The notes under the pieces were generated by a model. That model was not told the DNA's origin and ran no database searches. It worked only from the letters and a program-made list of their open reading frames with translations. A program made the translations under genes and the position numbers. Positions 59,771 to 64,000 of a stretch of 64,000 bases of DNA are shown here, piece by piece (within the stretch, counting starts at the first letter, position 1; each line of letters opens with the position of its first letter). The DNA comes from Macrostomum lignano (Eukaryota): contig NIVC01002255.1 in the NCBI GenBank assembly GCA_002269645.1, forward strand, positions 1 to 64,000, written 5' to 3'.

Positions 59771-60894
59771 CGAAAGATTATTAGAGAGAAGAGACGCAAA
59801 AAGGTCGGATTGCTATTGTGAAGTTCCAATGGACCAGGGGCCTGAGGGCCGAATGTGGGTTTGCGCGAGTTTACCGATCCCTGATCTGGACAAAAGTTAG
59901 AGGAATTTGTAAACACGGTCACTAGTTTTATTTCGCAGAAAGTTGCGTGGGGTTCTCCGCTTGCTTGATCCACTCCCATCATGTCAATGGCTAACTTGCA
60001 GACATGCATAGCCTGTCTCTCTTCCCCAACTCTCCATGGGAAATGCATAAACTGTGTTTGCTTAGTCCACAGTGGGATTGGAAATTGGAAACGCTGTGTG
60101 TACTCTCTTCCCCTCCCTTCGTGTCCCTCCCCCCCTTTCTGCCCGAGCATTATGCAGCCCAGTAACCTTTTTTCTGGTCCCTAGCGGTGTTAGCTTTCTC
60201 TCTTGTTGTCTATTTCTGTCTCTCTCTCTCTCTGAAAGCAGAAATTCTAATGAAGAGATTTGTACTTTTCATCCGAGATGGATAATGTAATGTGCTATCA
60301 AATTGTCACTGATTTCCAATATACAAAATAATTTCATTTTGATTTAATCTGCTGCAATTATTTCTTCTTTAAAAAATGTTTTCGCATTCCTTGCTGGTGT
60401 TTCTTTTTTGAAATTTAAAACTGCAGAGTCCAGTTTTCAAAAAACGCCTACACTACATCCGATTTATATTACTGTAAGTAGGAGCTGGAGAAGATATAGA
60501 AAACGGTTAATATAGAGAATGTTAGCAAAAATTGGAAACATTTATTGGCTTCAATAGGAGAATCGATAGTAGCATTAAATATTATTTATTACTCGTAAAC
60601 AGACATGCTGTACCTACAGTAGCATGTTTGCATATCTCAACTGTCTGAATAAGCAATAAGGATTAAAACATGATAGATTCATACTTAATGCTATCAGCTG
60701 AGCGTAGTAAGAACGGAGTCAATCACTGACGCTGATTGAATATTGAATTCTAGGATTACAATTTCGTGTTTGTAGTGCTACTCTAGACTGACACCTCTCC
60801 GTTGCTGAATAAATGTGAATCAACTTCTACGAATTCTTGTCCAATCTTTTCTACTCTAGTACTGCCTTTCTTTATTAATTTTCAATCTCATCTC

Positions 60895-61460
60895 TTCTAC
60901 TGATTCTCATCTCATGGGGATGAAATGTCATTTACTGATTCCCATCTCATCTACTGATTCTCATCTCATCTCATCTACTGATTCTCATCTCATCTACTGA
61001 TTCTCATCTCATCTCATCTACTGATTCTCATCTCATCTACTGATTCTCATCTCATCTACTGATTCTCATCTCATCTCATCTACTGATTCTCATCCCATCT
61101 CATCTACTGATTCTCATCTCATCTACTGATTCTCATCTCATCTCATCTACTGATTCTCATATCTTATCTACTGATTCTCATCTCATCTCATCTACTGATT
61201 CTCATTTCATCTACTGATTCCTATCTCATCTAACGATTCTCATCTTATCTTATCTCATCTACTGATCTTATCTCGTCGACGTCGCCTCTCATATAATCTC
61301 ATCGCGTCTCATCTCACCTCATCCTATATCTTTCCATTAACCCTCATCTTATAATCTTTCTATTCTAATTTTAATCTTATCGCCTCTCACCGCATCGATT
61401 ATTATCTCATCTAATCCCATTTGCGTCTCATCTTATATCGATCATTATCTAATCTCTAAT
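60895..61460. repeat. (TCTCA)n-based repeat with CTACTGAT insertions, degenerating toward the cathepsin B 3' end
   Basis: Read directly. Confidence 0.9.
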
Positions 61461-61512
61461 CTCATATCGATGATCACATTATCTTGTCTCATAATCTGTA
61501 GTCATAAATCCT

Positions 61513-63459
61513 TCAATCTTTCGGCAGGCCGGCCACAACGCTGCTCTCAATGCCGCACTCGTCCTTGCCGCGCAGTATGCGAAAGAAGCCGCGCTCGCCC
61601 CAGTCTGAATTCCAGGAATTGGCAACCAGCCAATAGGGCGTGCCGCCGTCCGCTCCCCAGCCTAGGATGCGGATGGCGTGTCCGCCCAGGCTGCCTCCGG
61701 TTGTGTGCTGATAAACTCCCGACTTGTAGGATGGGAAATCGGCGTAGACAGTGAATGCACCTTCCACTGGCCCGTTGGTCATGATCTCGGTCATGATCTG
61801 CTGCTCATTAGATCTGACTGAGTAGGCTGAGGCACCTGTACAATTTCAATTTAGTTCGGGTTTTTATCTATTGAACATTTTCTTAATTCAAACGCTTAGA
61901 AGTGCTAAAAATACTTCTGTTGGGTCAGGAAGGCGCCAAAATAGTGACTGACTCGGGTCAGGAAAGCGCCAAATTAGTGACTCGGGTCAGGAAGGCGCCA
62001 CAATTAGTGACTCGGGTCAGGAAGGCGCCACAATTAGTGACTCGGGTCAGGAAGGCGCCAAAACTGACATGTAAATTATCAAAGTACACAGTCTCACCAA
62101 AGTGCTTATCCTGCTGATAAGTGCTATTGTACTCTTTGATGCACTGTTTGGTGCACTTGGGCGTCGGTGAATCCCCGGTGCAGGGCTGGTACTCTCCGGT
62201 GGTGTGGTGCTCGCAGTGCGGCAGCGAATAGGGCTGGCAGCCGTCCTTGGTGCCGTACTGGCCGCCCGTGACCAGGCCTTTGCTCTTCCAGTAGTGCCAG
62301 GCGCCCTCGGGGAAGCCGCCGTTGCAGCCCATGCCGCAGGAGAAGCCGCAGCAGCTCAGCAGGTCCTCGGCGCTCAGGTACGGCTTCGACTGCAGCGATT
62401 TTAGCGAGGAAATATTGTTTGTTACCAGGTTTACATGTATCTAATTTAATACCTTGATCCCTGAGTCTACAGGAATTCCCTATCTCAATGGGGATCCCCA
62501 AAGCTACAGGAATTCCCTATCTCAATGGGGATCCCCAAAGCTACAGGAATTCCCTATCTCGATGGGGATCCCCAAAGCTACAGGAATTCCCTATCTCAAT
62601 GGGGATCCCCAAAGCTACAGGAATTCCCTATCTCAATGGGATCTTCAAAGCTACAGGAATTCCCTATCTCAATGGGGATCCCCAAAGCTACAGGAATTCC
62701 CTATCTCAATGGGATCTTCAAAGCTACAGGAATTCCCTATCTCAATGGGATCTTCAAAGCTACAGGAATTCCCTATCTCAATGGGGATCCCCAAAGCTAC
62801 AGGAATTCCCTATCTCAATGGGATCTTCAAAGCTACAGGAATTCCCTATCTCATGGGGATCCCCAAAGCTACAGGAATTCCCAACCTCAATGGGGATCCC
62901 CAGGCCAAAGCTACAGGAATTTCTTATCTCAATGGGAATTCCCAAAACTACAGGACCATCTAAAAGTTTGGAACTGTATACTACTGCACCACTGACCAAT
63001 CTACAATAAAAGGTTGCCAGCAAATGAAAAGTTATTTTAATTATAACTAAGCACCTTTCCACCGCTGTGGATGCAGTGCCGATCAGACATGGCTTCAACA
63101 GCGCCAAATGCCCAACAGGATCCGCAGTTGCTCTGGTCGCGTATTTCGCCAATAGTTGGACAATTCGGCCATTGTTTGCGCGAATCGAATTCCTCTGGCA
63201 AATCTTTGAGAGCGGACTCGGGGTAGCTTAACTCCGGCAGGCTGCTCGGATTGGGATTCGGCAGGACTCCCAGTAGGACTCGGACATCGGCTAGGGTTTT
63301 GAATCGATTGTACCTTGTAGCCGTCCAGGTGCTTTGCTTCTGGCTGTTCACATAGTCAATTAGCGAGTCAGTGAGAGGCCGGTGCATCGGCTTGTAGATT
63401 AGCGGAGTGCCAGCAGCGAAGGCAACAAGGAGTAGCAATAATAGCAATTTCTCAGCCAT
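61513..63459 (-). CDS. CTSB: Cathepsin B, 339 aa. Exons 63459-63055, 62389-62098, 61835-61513
   Basis: Signal peptide and propeptide, [19 protein letters not shown] (catalytic Cys), GCNGG, occluding loop CEHH, GGHAI (His), ANSWN (Asn); GT-AG introns, phases 0 and 1. Confidence 0.96.
61912..62062. repeat. 30-bp minisatellite in cathepsin B intron 2
   Basis: GTGACTCGGGTCAGGAAGGCGCCACAATTA units. Confidence 0.9.
62455..62960. repeat. 36-37 bp minisatellite in cathepsin B intron 1
   Basis: AAAGCTACAGGAATTCCCTATCTCAATGGGGATCCCC units. Confidence 0.95.
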
Positions 63460-64000
63460 TTCTGTCTCAGTGCTAATAAGATTGATGGCTGAAAAGCTGA
63501 AGCCAAGTAAACTAAACCTGAATCCGCCAGGATAGATAGAACTGCTTTAAAATATATAAATACGTACAGCGTTTGGGCCGTACTAGTGTAACGCGGGGTC
63601 AGCTGATGCGGGGTTAGAGGGTGTGCGGAGCTAGAAAGTCTACCCCTCTGTCCCTTTGAGCCCGAGTGTACATTAGATGTACATTCACCCTATATAATCG
63701 CTCTCTGCTCGGCCTGGGGGAAGATAAGGGGTCGGCCGGTTCAACGCGCTTGTTGTACATTAAATCTCGTCTCATTTCTCTCTTCATTCCTGGTGTGATA
63801 TTCACATTAAATCTAGCTCGCTGTTTGCTTTGTTGTGACAACGCTGTAAGAGGCTTTTTATTGAGAGGCAATAGCTACACTCTAGTAAGCTGTACTGTTT
63901 ACTGTACTGGCCTACTGGCTACTATTGAAATAGGAATTTCTAGGAAAAAATTACCCAAAGCCAAGGAGGGTTCTTGCATACTGATTATTTCTGATGCAAT

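Overview
Eukaryotic (metazoan) genomic DNA, very rich in tandem repeats. GC/CpG-rich exons, abundant (GATA)n and minisatellite-filled introns are consistent with a flatworm such as Macrostomum, but this is inference and not proven. Six host genes can be reconstructed, the spliced ones with GT-AG junctions and consistent phases. They are an 8-exon protocadherin with 7 cadherin repeats (minus, 9231-18286), a single-coding-exon RPL28 (minus), a 4-exon MFSD6-like MFS transporter (plus), a 5-exon NFXL1 (plus), a divergent intronless rhodopsin-like GPCR nested antisense in NFXL1 intron 4, and a 3-exon cathepsin B (minus). Mobile DNA includes an apparently intact DD34D mariner with unusually long (~180-200 bp) TIRs, a 5'-truncated RTE-like LINE with TSD and 3' hairpin plus a decayed relative, and two CORE-type tRNA SINEs. 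There are also a TA-flanked MITE, a fold-back element, a Helitron-like 3' end, and a Penelope GIY-YIG remnant carrying a minimal hammerhead-ribozyme motif. The least explained region is ~1.4-7.2 kb: two spliced orphan coding regions on the minus strand, several inverted repeats and a 12-bp flanking direct repeat. No database search was possible, so all family calls rest on recognised motifs.
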